Shown in pieces: positions 61,601 to 64,000 of a stretch of DNA of 64,000 bases; position 1 is the stretch's first letter, and every line of letters starts with the position of its first letter. Below the pieces are notes generated by a model. It had not been told where the DNA came from, searched no databases, and saw only the letters and a list, made by a program, of their open reading frames with translations. Origin of the DNA: Penicillus capitatus (taxonomy: Eukaryota; Plantae; Chlorophyta); the NCBI GenBank assembly GCA_965649825.1, contig OZ287705.1, positions 574,890 through 638,889 on the forward strand. Direction: 5' to 3'. A program made the position numbers and the translations under genes.

Positions 61601-64000
61601 GCGCGAAACTCAGTTCTCACGCGGACAGAGTGATTTTGGCAATTCTGGAGGTATAGACTGGTGTTGTCAGAGTTCGACGTTTTTCCACTCGGCAAAAGTG
61701 CCAACCTCCTGCAACAGCAGACGCGCATGCAACTCGACAAGGGCAGCCAGGAGATGTCGTCGCACCATTCAGTTTCTCTAATATTGAAGAACTCAGAGAA
61801 CAATACTGATGGGCACAGACTTGGCAGCCCCTTCAGCTTCCACTGCAGATGTCAAACATCGATGTGCTTCAAATGAGAAGTCAGACGTACGGTGCACGTG
61901 GCTGTCTTTCGTTCAACGGAAACTGTCCAGCGCTCATTGTCCTGGAGCTTGAGCCTAATCTCTGCACGCACCAGGAAGAAATCCTTCTTTACCTTCTCCA
62001 AAAATCCCTCAGTCGGATTGTTCACTCTCGCAGCAGGGCAGAGGGAGAACCCTTTACTGTCGTTGCAGACAGCGGGAAATAACTCTGCGAAGCCTCCTTC
62101 GAATAGAATAACGGCCTTTAGAAAGACTACCATCTCCAGAGGATCCATCACCTGCGAGCTTACTCTTGTGATATTCTTCGTTCACGATGGTAAAACAGAA
62201 ATGAGCGGTTGCCCGAGTGACGCCTTTATTATACGGGTAAGCACCAAGGTGTCCATCATATTTGTGCTGGAATCTCACACTCCTATAAACGCAAACCGTC
62301 TTCAGGCAGATCGTCGACTGTTGTGGATCTAACCATTCTCTGCCGTCCAGATCGAACGTATTAGTTTTAAAAGATCTATTCCTCTTCATCAGCAGGCTTC
62401 GAGGCACTCTATACTGTTAAAAAGAAGATACATATCACGATGCAACGGAGGTGATGGTTTGGCAGAACAAACCTCGTACGTGGCATAGTACTTGTATTTG
62501 TTCAGAACGAAAGTGTAAGCAAAGCCATTGTCTTCTCCACTTCCCTCTGCCCTCAGTGGCCGTCGAAGCAGGAGGACGTCGTTTAAGGACATACCTTCGA
62601 CGTGCATCAGTGCGTGAGGGTCGGGCTCCTCCCATCGATGAGGCCCTCGATCGAGATGTCTTGATATGCGCCTCATCTCCTCATCGAACTCTCGTTCATC
62701 GAACAGCTTCATCTTGATCTCGAAGATCATCCAGCCATCACTGACAAACTCCGAGGCTTCGTCCAGTTGTCTTGGAGTGGACATGTGGGCTATCGATACT
62801 TCATGGTTTTGACGGATAACACGATGACAGCCTAAACGGCACCTGTCGATGAGAGACACGGGAGACAAAATTACTCTTCAATCTGATTCCGTTTGAATCG
62901 ACATGACGGACACGGTCGATCTCCACGAACACTCGAACGAGGTTTTCTGTGCTCCGCTTTTGGATGGTGATGACCGGAAAACTCGAACCAGTTTTACCGT
63001 TGGCATAAAAGAACACTTGCCTAATCACAAAGAAGCTTTAACGAGACGCTGTGATACTCGAGAGACACTCACAGTGCCGAGTCTCCAATTCTGATGGATC
63101 TGGTCGCAACGCGCCACGGACTCATGCCTTCCAGGAATCTCGACTTCCACTAGAATCCAGCTTAAGAGCAGGACAATGCATCAAACATCGAGGATACCAG
63201 GCAGGTTGCCGTCTTCCCGTTCAGAGTGACTTCACACGATTCGTTATCTTCCTGTTTCACTCTCATATCCAAACGAACCAGAAAATGGTCATCTCTGAGG
63301 AATCCATTATCTGGTGACGCTATTTCAGTGCACTGAAGTAGTTTGTCTTCGCCACCGTCGTTGATGAACGAGAACTCGTGAAGGCGTCCTATCAAACATT
63401 TCTTAACTTCGAAGACGGTTTGTATTCTGTCTTCCTTACCGGTGCGTTTGCTGTGCTCGCTGTTCGAATTCACCAGCTCGAATCCAAACTGCACTTCCAC
63501 TGGAGTCTCATTCTTCGATAGAAAGCAAGCGTGGAGATATCCGTCTACATCGCGTTTCATTGCAAGACACCTGGAACACGTCAAGTCATCAGCAGCACGA
63601 AAAGTGTCTTCTTTGCACCAGACTCGGTCTTCCACCTCGAACGCGTTTGTGAAGATCTGTCCGCTTTCCTGATCCAGAAAGGATCGATGCACAAACCACT
63701 GTTCGAACACGCACCGCCATCGCAGCCAGATGGAGACCTTGAATGTCTCACTTCGTAGCGTGCAAACCACTTATTTGTTGTCAGTCTGTAGAAATGACCG
63801 ACTTCATCGGTCTGTCCAGCTCCCTCTGCCATAAGGTGATCCAAGTGATTGCGTTTCTTCGAAATCGGTTGGTACCTCGATGTTCGACTTTAGTGTGATG
63901 ATCGATCTTGGGAAGATGAAGCGTCGGAGGTTCTTTGAGACTTGGAGGGAGTGCGTTTCCAAAATCCTCGGAGCTGAGCAAGGCGATCTTCACAGAGAGG
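58675..64000 (-). CDS. Copy B: multi-MATH + five MDM2-type RING protein; 5' end lies beyond the window
   Basis: Colinear paralog of 47263-52400 with open frames at both sites where copy A is disrupted; stop TGA at 58675-58677. Confidence 0.75.

Noticed and set aside
1-64000. Non-standard code (TAA/TAG = Gln, as in some ulvophycean algae), suggested by many TGA stops
   Set aside because: G4 ends in TAG. Copy A ends in TAA where copy B has TGA. Long coding exons contain no in-frame TAR.
1-64000. tRNA, rRNA, transposase or reverse-transcriptase genes
   Set aside because: No cloverleaf/T-loop, rRNA, DDE or RT motifs were seen by eye; a tRNAscan-SE or Rfam run would be needed to exclude them fully.

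Overview
Eukaryotic nuclear DNA with the standard genetic code and very short (about 45-60 nt) spliceosomal introns. A PHS1-like kinase-phosphatase and an ARP8/ARP9 gene point to a green alga or other green plant (inference; species not identifiable). The window has three zones. (1) 1-5 kb: tightly packed conserved genes (ARP8/9, SAM50, PHS1-like). (2) 5.2-39.7 kb: an array of seven signal-peptide ankyrin-repeat genes (G1-G7, five apparently secreted, two membrane-anchored) plus two fragments. Each internal ankyrin repeat is one phase-0 exon of about 99 nt, and the paralogs are mosaics of one another. The zone also holds decayed divergent partner genes, a 623-bp TG...CA insertion with a 5-bp target-site duplication and a 20 x 49-bp minisatellite. 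(3) 40.8-64 kb: a large beta-helix/Cys-rich/multi-pass membrane protein and two paralogous multi-MATH plus five-RING (MDM2-like C2H2C4) genes, one carrying lesions. The most interesting signal is a natural DARPin-like, exon-modular ankyrin family next to TRAF-like MATH-RING genes. All exon models were read by eye from GT-AG motifs and paralog comparison; no searches were run.
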